Source: a bacterium (lineage in GTDB: Bacteria; Patescibacteriota; Minisyncoccia; Phycocordibacterales; GWA1-40-21). Taken from it: 64,000 bases of DNA. The stretch's first letter is position 1. Each line of letters starts with the position of its first letter. The stretch lies in contig JBAXQJ010000002.1 of assembly GCA_037131755.1 (NCBI GenBank), forward strand, positions 8,851 through 72,850, written 5' to 3'. A program made the translations under genes and the position numbers. Below the pieces are notes generated by a model. That model was not told the origin of the DNA. It saw nothing but the letters and a program-made list of their open reading frames with translations, and did not search any database. This document shows positions 20,568 through 30,876 of the stretch, piece by piece.

Positions 20568-21323
20568 TAAGGAACGAATCATTCGTAGGGCCGATTTGAC
20601 GCTGGCTAATTGATAGTTTGGGTAATCTTTTTTGTAGCAGTTTATTATTTTATCTACCGTTCTGGCTATTTTGAATTTATTCTTCCCAGTCTCACTGTTT
20701 GCGCTGACATTATATAAGACGGCATAATCCGGAATGTTGGCAAATTTTGTCTTTAGACCCATTCTAAGCCATAGCTCATAATCCTCGGCCAGCTTGAGAT
20801 TTGCGTTATAGTCTCCTTCAGCCAGATCTTTCCGGTATAGGACGGAAGAGTGAGTGAATTGATTTCTAAGCAACATTTTGTCTCTTATTTGCTGATCGGT
20901 AGTCTCATAACTGATTTTTTCATCCTTACCGTTCTCCAAAAGCTTTATCATAAAAGTCCCAACCAAACCAATTCCCGGATTATTTTCGAGGAGATTATAT
21001 TGTTTTTCAAGTTTTTTGGTATCTATCCAGATATCGTCACTGTCCAAAACGGCAATGTATTTGCCGCAAGCTTTTTGCAGTCCAAAATTTCTGTTTTCCG
21101 ATACGCCCAGGTTGCTTCCGTGTTTAAAATACTTTATGCGTTCGTCTTGCTCGGCATATTTAAGGACTATTTCTTCGGTGTTGTCTGTAGATGCATCATC
21201 CAACACTAATAGCTCCCATTCTTTGAAGGTCTGATTCAGGACACTGTTGATGGCAGCGGAAACACAATTGGCTCTGTTGTAAGAGGCCATCAGTATGCTT
21301 ATTTTTACGTTTCTTGTTTCCAT
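20559..21323 (-). CDS. GT2 family glycosyltransferase
   Basis: SILMASYN, LDDASTD, LDSDD, EDYELW. Confidence 0.93.
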   Translation of the reverse strand: METRNVKISILMASYNRANCVSAAINSVLNQTFKEWELLVLDDASTDNTEEIVLKYAEQDERIKYFKHGSNLGVSENRNFGLQKACGKYIAVLDSDDIWIDTKKLEKQYNLLENNPGIGLVGTFMIKLLENGKDEKISYETTDQQIRDKMLLRNQFTHSSVLYRKDLAEGDYNANLKLAEDYELWLRMGLKTKFANIPDYAVLYNVSANSETGKNKFKIARTVDKIINCYKKDYPNYQLASVKSALRMIRSLLF

Positions 21324-22181
21324 TTAGCGTATTGATATTTTAATCCAATCCGGTGGCAAGAGATCCCTGTATTCTTTGTCGTATTTATTATTCCACTTAT
21401 CAGGGGCAATTACAATCTTTCCGGCGTTTTGATTAAGCCATGCTCCCCAGAAGCTGAATGACGAATTGGCGATGATATTGTGCTTGCACTTGCTCATTAT
21501 CAATAATTCCTCATAATCCTTCATGCCGGGCTGGGAGACGTAATAAGTAGGGAGGCTGACCTGGAGGTTTTTCTTTGCCCATTCTTTATCGTCCGAAAAG
21601 ACAAAAACTTTTGGATCGGGGATTTTTTCGCTAATAACCTTAAGGGCGTCCGCATAGTATTCCAAGCCAAAGACCAGATGATGTTTTTTTGTTTTTGGAT
21701 CGTTTACATAATCTCCCCGACGAATATGCAGTGATACTGAATTAGATTGAGATATCAATTCCATTAATTCTGAATATTTTTCTTCGATCGGTTCTTTGGG
21801 GGTGATCTCTTTAAATAGGATTTCTTTGATCGGTTCCAAATACTTGTAACTCTGCCAAAAGCCCTCCAGGTATTTTTCTTTCGTCGCCAAGGACTTTTTA
21901 TCATAGCCGATATGGTGATGACCCAAGAGTTTGTCTTTAATCTTTCGATATATTTTACATAAGGGTTTCCGGTTGAAAGGACTGTCCTCGAGGTCTTTTG
22001 TCGAAGCCAGGTCAATATGGCAATTGAAACTTCCCAGCTCGTATTCTCTTTGGGTATCTTTTCCTTCAACTTCCGGAAAGTAATATTTAACCTCTGTTTT
22101 GTTGGTAATAGAAAATAATCTGCCAAAAGCATATTGGAACAACTGATTACCTATACCACCTTTTAGTTTGATTATGACCAT
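21324..22181 (-). CDS. GT11 alpha-1,2-fucosyltransferase
   Basis: GGIGNQLFQY, GFWQS, HIRRGDY, FSDD, NSSFSFWGA; start moved to ATG 22181. Confidence 0.92.
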   Translation of the reverse strand: MVIIKLKGGIGNQLFQYAFGRLFSITNKTEVKYYFPEVEGKDTQREYELGSFNCHIDLASTKDLEDSPFNRKPLCKIYRKIKDKLLGHHHIGYDKKSLATKEKYLEGFWQSYKYLEPIKEILFKEITPKEPIEEKYSELMELISQSNSVSLHIRRGDYVNDPKTKKHHLVFGLEYYADALKVISEKIPDPKVFVFSDDKEWAKKNLQVSLPTYYVSQPGMKDYEELLIMSKCKHNIIANSSFSFWGAWLNQNAGKIVIAPDKWNNKYDKEYRDLLPPDWIKISIR

Positions 22182-22182
22182 A

Positions 22183-22896
22183 TTATTTCTTGATAAACCA
22201 AAAACAACCGCAACCATATTTTTGGTTTTTAACCAATTCAGGATTTGAATTCTCGATAAACTTTCCACCATCGGTAATCAGGCTGAATTCTCTCAGGGAT
22301 AAATCTGGGAAATAAGAGATTATCTGTTCGTAAGAATATATTCGATGGGCATTGAATTCTATTTTGGGTTGGCCGACCGGCACAACAAACAACAAAGATC
22401 CGTTTTCGGCCAAGACTCTTTTTAGCTCGGATATGGCCTTTAGGTCTCCATTTGTGTCTATCGGGTCGCCATATCGGCCAAGGCCAATGTGTTCTACCGT
22501 ATGCATGCATGATAGGGAATTGATGGAATTATCGGCAAAAGGCAGCTTGGTGAGATCGGCATTGTTGCTGGTCAGATTTGATAACTTTAGATCAGCCGGC
22601 CGGTAATCATAAAAATCTGTCGGGACAAAGGCCGAGACAATTCCGGAGAAAAACAGGCTTGAAGAAATATCCGTATGCCTTTGCGGATTGATTTCTCGAA
22701 CTTTTCTCGCCGCCCATGAAGTGTGGTATACATAGTGTGCATCGAAACCAGTTTTAACAGTCTTGTCTTTTATGCACGGATAAAAATCAGAAGATTTGAT
22801 TGAAAATCTTTTTTCTCCCTTTTTGAATTTCAGATAGTCAAAAAAAACAAAAGGGGATAGGGCGATCCTTATTATTTTTTTAATGGTTTTTTTCAT
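22183..22896 (-). CDS. DUF268-like SAM-dependent methyltransferase
   Basis: SCMHTVEHIGLGRYGDPID, FNAHRIY. Confidence 0.8.
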   Translation of the reverse strand: MKKTIKKIIRIALSPFVFFDYLKFKKGEKRFSIKSSDFYPCIKDKTVKTGFDAHYVYHTSWAARKVREINPQRHTDISSSLFFSGIVSAFVPTDFYDYRPADLKLSNLTSNNADLTKLPFADNSINSLSCMHTVEHIGLGRYGDPIDTNGDLKAISELKRVLAENGSLLFVVPVGQPKIEFNAHRIYSYEQIISYFPDLSLREFSLITDGGKFIENSNPELVKNQKYGCGCFWFIKK

Positions 22897-23791
22897 AGTT
22901 TTCAATCAGGCCTATTAGTTTTTGTGCAAAGATTTTATCAGAAAGATTGTGCAGGCAATATTCTCTCGGTCTGAAATCTTTTGCAAGGAAAGCATCAATC
23001 TTTTTGTTGAAATCCTCTGTATCTTTAAAAAACATTCCACATTCTTCGGTGAGGTAAGGAGCACTTATCTTATCATCGAGCCATGTTTTGCCATTATATT
23101 CCCAGTAACCACGGTTCCAGACAAATGTCGGTACTCCTCGAATCCAGGCTTCTTGCAATGCTATGCCTTGGCTTTCAGAAGGTGACAGATATATCAAATG
23201 CCTATATTTTTCTAGTAGTTTGTAGTATTCATCCTGTTTAAAATTTCCGTAATTGATTATTTGGTATGGGGTTTTATTCGTAATGGATTTTACAATCTCT
23301 TTGAGCATTATTTCATCACTGCTCTTATTATATATAAGAATGCCATTCCTATTTACATCTTTCGCTGCGGGATCTTTTACGCCGGCAGGTAAAATGGCTA
23401 TCTTGTTTTCTAATTGCGGGTATTTTGAACAATACAGATCTTTGTTCCATTGAGATGGCAGTATAATCACATCAATACCCTCACTAAGAAGTATTTCCTG
23501 GGCTTCATTGGGTAGTATGACGATCGCTGGTCCGACAATCAGTAAATTAATCAGCCCTTTCTTTTTTTGTTCCAGAGCGTATTTAAGGGTGTTTATTCCG
23601 CTAATTACATAGGTAATTTCAGAGACTCTTTTGTTGGTTGAAAATTCAATATTCAGTTCTCTCAAACCCCTTTCCATACTTTCCAGAACGGAAATTGGGC
23701 CAGTTTTTCTATTTAGCCAGGCACGGATTTTTTCTTTGACATAGTCTAAGGAAAAAACGGTCGGTTTTCTTGTGAGCAGGGAAATATTCAT
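22880..23791 (-). CDS. putative GT-B (GT4-like) glycosyltransferase
   Basis: SESQGIALQEAW (Ex7E-like) motif; cluster context. Confidence 0.65.
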   Translation of the reverse strand: MNISLLTRKPTVFSLDYVKEKIRAWLNRKTGPISVLESMERGLRELNIEFSTNKRVSEITYVISGINTLKYALEQKKKGLINLLIVGPAIVILPNEAQEILLSEGIDVIILPSQWNKDLYCSKYPQLENKIAILPAGVKDPAAKDVNRNGILIYNKSSDEIMLKEIVKSITNKTPYQIINYGNFKQDEYYKLLEKYRHLIYLSPSESQGIALQEAWIRGVPTFVWNRGYWEYNGKTWLDDKISAPYLTEECGMFFKDTEDFNKKIDAFLAKDFRPREYCLHNLSDKIFAQKLIGLIENYEKNH

Positions 23792-23792
23792 T

Positions 23793-24851
23793 TTATTTAT
23801 TCTTAAACCAACGGTATTTCAAATTCTCCAGGAATTTTATTTTTTTGAAAGGACTATATAGAGATGCCAGGGTTCTCTTGAAAACATTCTTGATTTTTGA
23901 GTATTTCAACAAGATACGCTCGCCTTCTTCTAACTCGGCAATTCTCACTGGGTTTATGGTTCTTCGCTTCGCTTTTTCAAGTGGCTGATCAAAGATGTTT
24001 CTCAGGAAATATTCAAAGCCGGACAAAATATCTTTCGGATTATAGCCTTCGGCGAATATCGGTTGGTTGATGATTTTCAGATACATAGCATCGTCGCTGT
24101 CTATTTCCTTGATTTTTTCAACGACTTGGTCAAATGACTCATAGTCGTGGCAATTTATGAAACGTTTGGTATTGAACTCTCTTGCTATCTCCGGATTTCC
24201 CCAGTATATGGGAATTGTGTTGGCCAGGAGAGAGCAGACGATCTTTTCGGTCGTATAGCCCGGTCGGGAAGAATTCTCAAAAGCGATTGAAAATTTGTGT
24301 TTTGACTCGAATTCAAACTTGTTGTCGACATTATAACCGGTATTGTTCAAATATTTTCCTCCAGCAGCGACTTTCTTGTATTTACTTAGCTTGTCAAAAA
24401 AAACTTTTCTGTTGTCATCGGCACGATAGTTTGAATAGACGAAACTGCAAAAATCAGTCTTGCCTTTCAGGTCTTGTCCCGTAAACTCCCTAGGCCTGGT
24501 CAGGTCTAAGCCCGCAGTCATTTCTAGTTCTTTTTTTTGATAAAAAGTCGCCATTAGATAAACTGGCAGGCGATAGTAGCGGTCAGCAAAATTCAAGTAG
24601 TCAAAGCCGATAGCATAATCAGCCAGGTTGAAATTTGCACTAAGGTTTTCCCCTGTGTAGTTTATCCTGATCCCACCATAATTCAGGTAATCTTTGGAGG
24701 AATCGTGGAAAAAAAAATAGTCCGGATTGTTTTTGCAAACCTCCACTTCGTAGTATTTGGTCAGGATATTATGAATGAAATTATTATAGGTCAGCGGGGT
24801 AGTGTGGTCGGTATTGTTGTAAGGGCAGTATTTGACTTTGATCTTTTTCAT
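23793..24851 (-). CDS. GT10 alpha-1,3/4-fucosyltransferase
   Basis: YTGEN, DYAIGFD, FCSFVYSN, KFSIAFENS..PGYTTEK, IPIYWG as in Helicobacter FucT. Confidence 0.9.
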   Translation of the reverse strand: MKKIKVKYCPYNNTDHTTPLTYNNFIHNILTKYYEVEVCKNNPDYFFFHDSSKDYLNYGGIRINYTGENLSANFNLADYAIGFDYLNFADRYYRLPVYLMATFYQKKELEMTAGLDLTRPREFTGQDLKGKTDFCSFVYSNYRADDNRKVFFDKLSKYKKVAAGGKYLNNTGYNVDNKFEFESKHKFSIAFENSSRPGYTTEKIVCSLLANTIPIYWGNPEIAREFNTKRFINCHDYESFDQVVEKIKEIDSDDAMYLKIINQPIFAEGYNPKDILSGFEYFLRNIFDQPLEKAKRRTINPVRIAELEEGERILLKYSKIKNVFKRTLASLYSPFKKIKFLENLKYRWFKNK

Positions 24852-24852
24852 A

Positions 24853-25776
24853 TTATTTGATGTGGGCTATTATCTGATTGAGATACTTTGGATCGGAGCA
24901 TGACTCAGGATTGCGCTCGTTTATTTCATTGAAATATTTGTTTTTAACCGGAACGATTTTATTTTCTTTCCTGAGGAACATCTCGTATTCCATGTCTATA
25001 TGGCCTATGTCTATCACCCTATATCCTAGCATAAATAAGTCATAAGCTAATACCTTGGCGGCTGGACCGAGAGATAGCAAAATAAGCCTGTCCGTCGGAG
25101 CTTTTAGCGCCTCTTTCTTGATTTCTTCGTATTTAGAATAGGCATTTTCTGATGGACAAAGGATCCTGGATACAGACTTTGCCTTGTCAAACATGTCATT
25201 GCCGACGCCGAGACGGCTTTTGCTGCCCTCGATAAGGATTACTTCTTTGCCTTGCCAAATGGAGAAGAGCTTTTGGAAAATAACCCCTGCCTGGCTGGCA
25301 TCTTTGTATGATAAATACGGCCTGGATATAAATGCGTCACCATATATTTGATCTTTAGATAAGAGTCTGGACCAGGATTTTTTATATTTAAATAGGTGGT
25401 GCAAGGAAAACCAGAAATAATTTTTATTGAAATTTTCTAGACGACCCCAGATATTTGGTATGCAGATCAAGAGATTTGGGAGTTTTGATTGTAAGACAGC
25501 CTTTAACCTCGAAGATAGCTGGTCGTTTTGTTTTTGAAAGGCCAAGTCCTCCTTCTCGATTAAGGACATCTCTCCGTCGCCAAACCTTATGACGGAAAGA
25601 TTCTTCTGGCAAATAACATCCAGGGTTTTGATTGGCGTTAAAACCTTGAACCCCAGTCTGGTCTTTTTTTGAAAGTAGATACTGTATAAATATGAAAAAT
25701 ATGCCACAATCGGTCCGAGCTTTCTTCTTAGTGGTAGTGGAATATTTTTCCTAATATATTTGACAGTTTTTTCCAT
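24853..25776 (-). CDS. GT-D fold glycosyltransferase (DUF1792/SP_1767 family)
   Basis: SVIRFGDGE, ISRPY, LGVGNDMF, LGPAAKVL, DIGHIDMEYE. Confidence 0.9.
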   Translation of the reverse strand: MEKTVKYIRKNIPLPLRRKLGPIVAYFSYLYSIYFQKKTRLGFKVLTPIKTLDVICQKNLSVIRFGDGEMSLIEKEDLAFQKQNDQLSSRLKAVLQSKLPNLLICIPNIWGRLENFNKNYFWFSLHHLFKYKKSWSRLLSKDQIYGDAFISRPYLSYKDASQAGVIFQKLFSIWQGKEVILIEGSKSRLGVGNDMFDKAKSVSRILCPSENAYSKYEEIKKEALKAPTDRLILLSLGPAAKVLAYDLFMLGYRVIDIGHIDMEYEMFLRKENKIVPVKNKYFNEINERNPESCSDPKYLNQIIAHIK

Positions 25777-25777
25777 A

Positions 25778-26740
25778 TCAAAATAAATTTCTTATCTTAT
25801 TCTTAATATAATTCAATTTTATTAACCAACCCGGTAATACCTTAGGAGAGGGGGGGCGACCGATTCTCCTGACGAATTCTTCCTGAAAAACCTTCTCTGC
25901 CCATATGTCTAGCGGTTCAAAATATCCAATTCCATATTTATCGAACCATCTTATAATTTCCTTAAATCTCCAGTCCTCTTTGTAGTCATATTCTGTGATT
26001 GAGTCGTTATTTATTTCAAAAGCCGAATCACTGTCAATGGGAACTTTTCTTATATTTTTTCTGTCTTTTTGGACATCATAGGTAGTATTTATCCTCAAGG
26101 CTGATCGGTCAGCTTTGATCAGTTCAGAACACATATACCAGACTCTTTTCATCAAAAATCGCTCTTTGTTTAAAAATTGGAAATGGATCACTGAACCCTG
26201 TTTCCTGTCTATAACAATTCTGTTCTCTGGGCTTGTGGGCGTTCTGCTTACACCGACAAAAGCATAGGGAAAAGTCAGATTAGCTTCGTCACAGAACACG
26301 AAACATTTATTGATATTGTGGTATACGTCGTCTTTTCTTTCGTTCTTAATATCTCCATATAGATTTACCCAATCCATCCATAGGCCTTGAGAGGGCTTAA
26401 GGGAGTATATTATTTCTCTACCTTGTTTGATGAAATTATTTGAAAAAATTTCGTCAGCATCTAAGCATATGAAATGTGTTCCGCCATCCTTTCGGCCCTC
26501 TTCCAATAAGTCTTGCCTGATCTTGTGTTCGGCAAAGTAAGATTCTGTCTTGTAGTTCTTCTCTATTATTTTAGCGCCAGCTTTCTCCAGCAATTTTCGG
26601 CTGTCATCGGTTGAATTATCGTCGTAGGCAATTATGTGGTCGGTAATCTTTTTAACGGAGTTTATATATTCTCCTATTATCCATCCCTCATTCTTAAAAG
26701 GGAGAAGGGCTATTATTTTTTTGCTGTTATTTTTGGTCAT
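25778..26740 (-). CDS. GT2-like glycosyltransferase
   Basis: PFKNE, YDDNSTD, CLDADE. Confidence 0.85.
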   Translation of the reverse strand: MTKNNSKKIIALLPFKNEGWIIGEYINSVKKITDHIIAYDDNSTDDSRKLLEKAGAKIIEKNYKTESYFAEHKIRQDLLEEGRKDGGTHFICLDADEIFSNNFIKQGREIIYSLKPSQGLWMDWVNLYGDIKNERKDDVYHNINKCFVFCDEANLTFPYAFVGVSRTPTSPENRIVIDRKQGSVIHFQFLNKERFLMKRVWYMCSELIKADRSALRINTTYDVQKDRKNIRKVPIDSDSAFEINNDSITEYDYKEDWRFKEIIRWFDKYGIGYFEPLDIWAEKVFQEEFVRRIGRPPSPKVLPGWLIKLNYIKNKIRNLF

Positions 26741-26747
26741 ATTTTAT

Positions 26748-27650
26748 TTAGATCCAGGCATAAAGGGTCTTTTTGTCCAAGACGATGTTATATTCCGGGA
26801 CATATTTCTTTATCATGCCGAATAAAACTTCCGGGTCATCTGGCAGATGGTATGTCCTTATGGAAATTTTCGGCTTAAACTTTTTTATGACTTCCTCTGC
26901 TCCTGATATCAAATCTCTTTCCGCCCCCTCTATATCTGCTTTAATAAAATCTAGTCTTGTTATGTTGTTGTCTTTTATATACTGATCCAAAGTTATTTGC
27001 TGTAGTTTTACGACTTTATCTGAACCACCCTTGTTTATTGTCGATGAGGCGTTGTAATTTTCTTCTAGATTGTAGTAAAAATCAACTTTTTTATTTACGT
27101 TACCTAAAATTTTTTCCTCTATGTATATATTGTTGCACCCATTGGCATCAATGTTTTCACGTAAAACAGCGCTGACTTCTGGTAGCGGTTCGAAGGCGAA
27201 AATTTTGCCATCCTCGCCGACCTTATCACTTGCTATGATTGAAAACATTCCAATGTTTGCACCGGCATCAATCACATAATCTCCTTTTTTCATTTTCGCA
27301 CCAAAGTTTTCGTAATTACCCTCTGATTCATAGAAAGGGTTCTCGTACACAAGAGATTCTATTCTGGGATCCTGTATTTGAAGATTGGGGTAGACTATGT
27401 CAAAGAAATCTCCTTCATAGAAACATCCGTGGGGAAAGATGAAATTATACTTTCCGGATTTTATTATTGTGCGATCACCAGATTTGGCTATATTTATAGA
27501 CTTGATGTTTTTTACCAAGGTAGTAAAAAATAAATTTTCACCAAACTTTTCCCTCAAGAAACCTGGCAGCAAAAAAACAAAACTAAAACCCTTTTTAAAG
27601 TTCTTAATGTAATAGATTCTCTGTTTTAGTGCTTTGATAATTCCATTCAT
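26748..27650 (-). CDS. FkbM family methyltransferase
   Basis: VIDAGANIGMF, FAFEP, FIKADIEGAE. Confidence 0.92.
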   Translation of the reverse strand: MNGIIKALKQRIYYIKNFKKGFSFVFLLPGFLREKFGENLFFTTLVKNIKSINIAKSGDRTIIKSGKYNFIFPHGCFYEGDFFDIVYPNLQIQDPRIESLVYENPFYESEGNYENFGAKMKKGDYVIDAGANIGMFSIIASDKVGEDGKIFAFEPLPEVSAVLRENIDANGCNNIYIEEKILGNVNKKVDFYYNLEENYNASSTINKGGSDKVVKLQQITLDQYIKDNNITRLDFIKADIEGAERDLISGAEEVIKKFKPKISIRTYHLPDDPEVLFGMIKKYVPEYNIVLDKKTLYAWI

Positions 27651-28261
27651 TATTTTTTTATAAGAGTAATTATATCATTCGATACTATCATCTTGTATTG
27701 GGGGTTTGTCTTTCTGACAAACCTTGCCAAGTTTAGTAGCCAGGGATAATTATGCGTTCCAATAAAGAGTCTGGCGTCATCAATAAGGATAATATGATCT
27801 TGTTCCATCTTCAGTATAGGACGCAACTCTTCAAGAATCGGGGTTTCTTTTTTTGCTTTTGCCGTATTGCCATATGAATAATGTCCATCCAGCCAAAAGA
27901 CGCAGGGTTCATTGATTTGTTTCATTAAAAGCGGCAATTCCTCTGCGCTGTCCCCGGTGATAATTTTAACATTGTTTTTGTCTTTAAAACGAAGTTTTGC
28001 TTTATTTGCATACTCCTCGCTTAATTCTATTGAATAAATGTTTTTAAAATCATTGATGACAAAATCAACAGTGTCACCCATCCAGGTGCCGGTTTCAATA
28101 AAGCTAGAGATATCCGGCCTTGTCTTGTAAGTTTCTCTTATGTACCTCCTCTTATTTTCTTGCGGACAGGATAACAGAGAATCTTTTATCTCGATACCGT
28201 ATATTTTGTATAAGTATAATAATACGGGATTAATTTTTTCTCTGAGGTATTGTTTATTCAT
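27650..28261 (-). CDS. class I SAM-dependent methyltransferase-like protein
   Basis: FIETGTWMG, SIEL, GDS, FWLDGH, ILIDD. Confidence 0.75.
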   Translation of the reverse strand: MNKQYLREKINPVLLYLYKIYGIEIKDSLLSCPQENKRRYIRETYKTRPDISSFIETGTWMGDTVDFVINDFKNIYSIELSEEYANKAKLRFKDKNNVKIITGDSAEELPLLMKQINEPCVFWLDGHYSYGNTAKAKKETPILEELRPILKMEQDHIILIDDARLFIGTHNYPWLLNLARFVRKTNPQYKMIVSNDIITLIKK

Positions 28262-29129
28262 AATGATTTTTTTTGATTATCCTATTGATTTCTTTTAATG
28301 CTAAAAAAGACTTTATAAAGGTGCTGTTGATAAATCTGATTATAAGGGGGGATTTTGATTGTCTTACAAAAACATAGTCTAGCCTCTTGAAATTTAATCT
28401 CAGATTCCATAAATATTGTTTCGGATCATCTTTTTTGTCCGTATAAAAATTGGCAAACGGCTCAATGATAGCGTTAGGAATCATTTTTTCGATTAGTGCA
28501 CAAAATAAGGTATTGTCATGCCTAAAATACTTGGCATTCCTGATGAAGTAGTTTTTATTAACCCCCTTGTTTTTCCACTGTTCGTTTTTTGAGAAACCCA
28601 AACATAGTCCAGCTAAGCCACAATCGAATAGTTTTTTGGTAAAATCTGTTATTAATGGGTCATCTTTTTTGAAACCGAAGATGCCGGCAGTTACGATTCC
28701 CTGGTCTAGGTATTCATCGCTTATCTTGAATATGTTTACATATTCTCTTGGTATTATATCCCCGTTCTTTACCGTGTCGCCGGCGCTGACAAGTAAGTAG
28801 CCCTGCTTGTCTATTATGTCAAACAATCCTTCGAGCGTTTTTGTTGCCTGATTTCCGGCATCTAGATATAAATTTAATTCAGCAAGGGGATTGTTGAATA
28901 TGTATGTTTTCCAGGTATAACAGCTCCTCCAAAAAGGTGCAAAATGAGGAATATTGAGAAGTGAGACGCCGGGGATGTCACTGATTTCTTTTTTGAATGT
29001 GGCAAAGAGGCCCAGGTCATACACATATATGTGGGGGTGATCCGGATACTTGTCCTTAATTGAACCGATGAGGTTTATCAAAGACGGAAAGAATTTATTT
29101 GATGCTGAAGTTATAATACATTTATCCAT
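28254..29129 (-). CDS. putative GT-A fold protein (DUF1647-like)
   Basis: ITSASNKFF..L.NLIGS, YVYDLGL, YTWK, YLDAG, RHD. Confidence 0.55.
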   Translation of the reverse strand: MDKCIITSASNKFFPSLINLIGSIKDKYPDHPHIYVYDLGLFATFKKEISDIPGVSLLNIPHFAPFWRSCYTWKTYIFNNPLAELNLYLDAGNQATKTLEGLFDIIDKQGYLLVSAGDTVKNGDIIPREYVNIFKISDEYLDQGIVTAGIFGFKKDDPLITDFTKKLFDCGLAGLCLGFSKNEQWKNKGVNKNYFIRNAKYFRHDNTLFCALIEKMIPNAIIEPFANFYTDKKDDPKQYLWNLRLNFKRLDYVFVRQSKSPLIIRFINSTFIKSFLALKEINRIIKKNHYE

Positions 29130-30045
29130 TTTGTTTGCTTGAAATTAATTCAAACCAATAATTTATATACAAGGCCTCGGAATCAAATTTTGTTTTAAGC
29201 TCGTCGTATTTCCTGGTTATTTCTTTCTCGTCCCAGGTTTCCAGCTCTTTCCAGTCATCAACAAGAACTATCGGTAGGCCGATTTTTTCAAAATATTCCG
29301 TCGTCGCGTTTCTTTCGACAATGGGAATCGATCTCAGATACAAGGCTTCCCAGGTCCGATGGCAATCAATGCCGTTTCCTTCGGGAGAGGCTATGAATTT
29401 GTATTCGGAAATTGTTTTCAAATAGTCCTCCTGCTCAAGCTGTTCGAGGGTTTTGACTACACTGTACTTTTTTAATTCTTCTTTGATTGCCGAACGCTTG
29501 GCGTTTGTCTCTTCGGAGAAGCAAGACAAAACGAGACTTTTTTTGTTGCTTGAAAGTGATAATCTTGATAACTCAGATAGATAGGCGCGTCCCTTATAAC
29601 GAAAGTTTGAAAGACCGATTGGCACAGGGGAGACCTTTGGATCGTTAATTAGTATGTTTTGCCCGAACCAATGGATGATTTTATCATCAGCAAAACCAGC
29701 AAAACGCGAATCAATATTTTCGTCACTATTATGAGAGACTAAAACATAGCGGTTGCTTATCTTGGGGTGGATCTTTTTGAAATAAGTTAGGAGGAAATCT
29801 CCCCTTACGAACACGACATCATTAGCCCCGACTTTTTTTGTGCACACTGTCGATACTTCGTCATAGTAATGGTTGGCTATGGTCCTGACCCCGTCACCGG
29901 TAATTTTTGGAAAACTGCCCGGCTTGTCGATCGTAAGCCAAAAGTTTGCTTGTCTAGCCATCCAAACCTTCATTTTAAAAAGGGTAGAGTAATATAGGCG
30001 GAATCTGCAATTAACCAGTTTGTTTTTTAAAGATTTGATATCCAT
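29122..30045 (-). CDS. exostosin/GT47-like glycosyltransferase
   Basis: KFIASPEGNGIDCHRTWEALY..SIPIV. Confidence 0.7.
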   Translation of the reverse strand: MDIKSLKNKLVNCRFRLYYSTLFKMKVWMARQANFWLTIDKPGSFPKITGDGVRTIANHYYDEVSTVCTKKVGANDVVFVRGDFLLTYFKKIHPKISNRYVLVSHNSDENIDSRFAGFADDKIIHWFGQNILINDPKVSPVPIGLSNFRYKGRAYLSELSRLSLSSNKKSLVLSCFSEETNAKRSAIKEELKKYSVVKTLEQLEQEDYLKTISEYKFIASPEGNGIDCHRTWEALYLRSIPIVERNATTEYFEKIGLPIVLVDDWKELETWDEKEITRKYDELKTKFDSEALYINYWFELISSKQNG

Positions 30046-30047
30046 TG

Positions 30048-30872
30048 TTATATAATCTTATGCCTGAGCAGTTTTAATGCAAGTATTGTCGCCAAAAATG
30101 TCCTCTTACCAAAAACAAAGCGTTGGTCTAAACAAAGACTTTTCAAATACGCAATATTCTTATTAATATTATCTTCTCTTTCTTTGGCTGGATCGAAGGA
30201 CTTTTTGGAATATATCCCGAAGATGTTTTTGCCGTGCTGGCGGTAATCCTGGAGTATCTTATCTATATGATGGTGTTTGGCTGGATAGATTGCGAGTTGT
30301 ATCCAGGAATCGTGACCTGGAGCTAGGTCGTTTATGGGCAGAGCTTTGTCGAGGGTGTTTTTCCTATAAGAGGTTGCACAGCCCAGCTTACAGTTTCCGT
30401 TGGACATCCTATAAATACCTAACGGCTGGTAATAGTCGGGATTGATATCAGTCATCTTATTAATTACTTTACCTTCCGAATCGGTAATTTGAAACTCGTT
30501 GTAAATCCAGTTTGTGTCCGGATTATCTTTGTATATCCTCATGTGTTCCTCTATCTTGTTTGGGTGCCAAACATCGTCTTGGTCGCAGAGGAAGATTATT
30601 TCACCACGGCAGGAAAGTATCGCCCGTTCAAAATTTTTCTTGAATCCTTGGGGGTGGGGATTAACCGAAAAAAATATTCGATCATCGAGGCGCTGATATT
30701 TTTCTATGATGCTTGCGGTATCGTCTGAGCTCTTGTCGTCACTGATTACAATCTCAATATTCCGGTATGATTGGTTCAAGAGAGAATCTATCTGTTTGTC
30801 TAAGAAAGCTTCTCCGTTATAAGTGGCAAGAGCGATAGAAACCAAAATATTTCGATCTGTTTTATCGGGCAT
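30048..30872 (-). CDS. GT2 family glycosyltransferase (rhamnosyltransferase-like)
   Basis: ALATYNGE, SDDKSSD, CDQDDVW, HDSW, YRQH. Confidence 0.92.
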   Translation of the reverse strand: MPDKTDRNILVSIALATYNGEAFLDKQIDSLLNQSYRNIEIVISDDKSSDDTASIIEKYQRLDDRIFFSVNPHPQGFKKNFERAILSCRGEIIFLCDQDDVWHPNKIEEHMRIYKDNPDTNWIYNEFQITDSEGKVINKMTDINPDYYQPLGIYRMSNGNCKLGCATSYRKNTLDKALPINDLAPGHDSWIQLAIYPAKHHHIDKILQDYRQHGKNIFGIYSKKSFDPAKEREDNINKNIAYLKSLCLDQRFVFGKRTFLATILALKLLRHKII

Positions 30873-30876
30873 AATT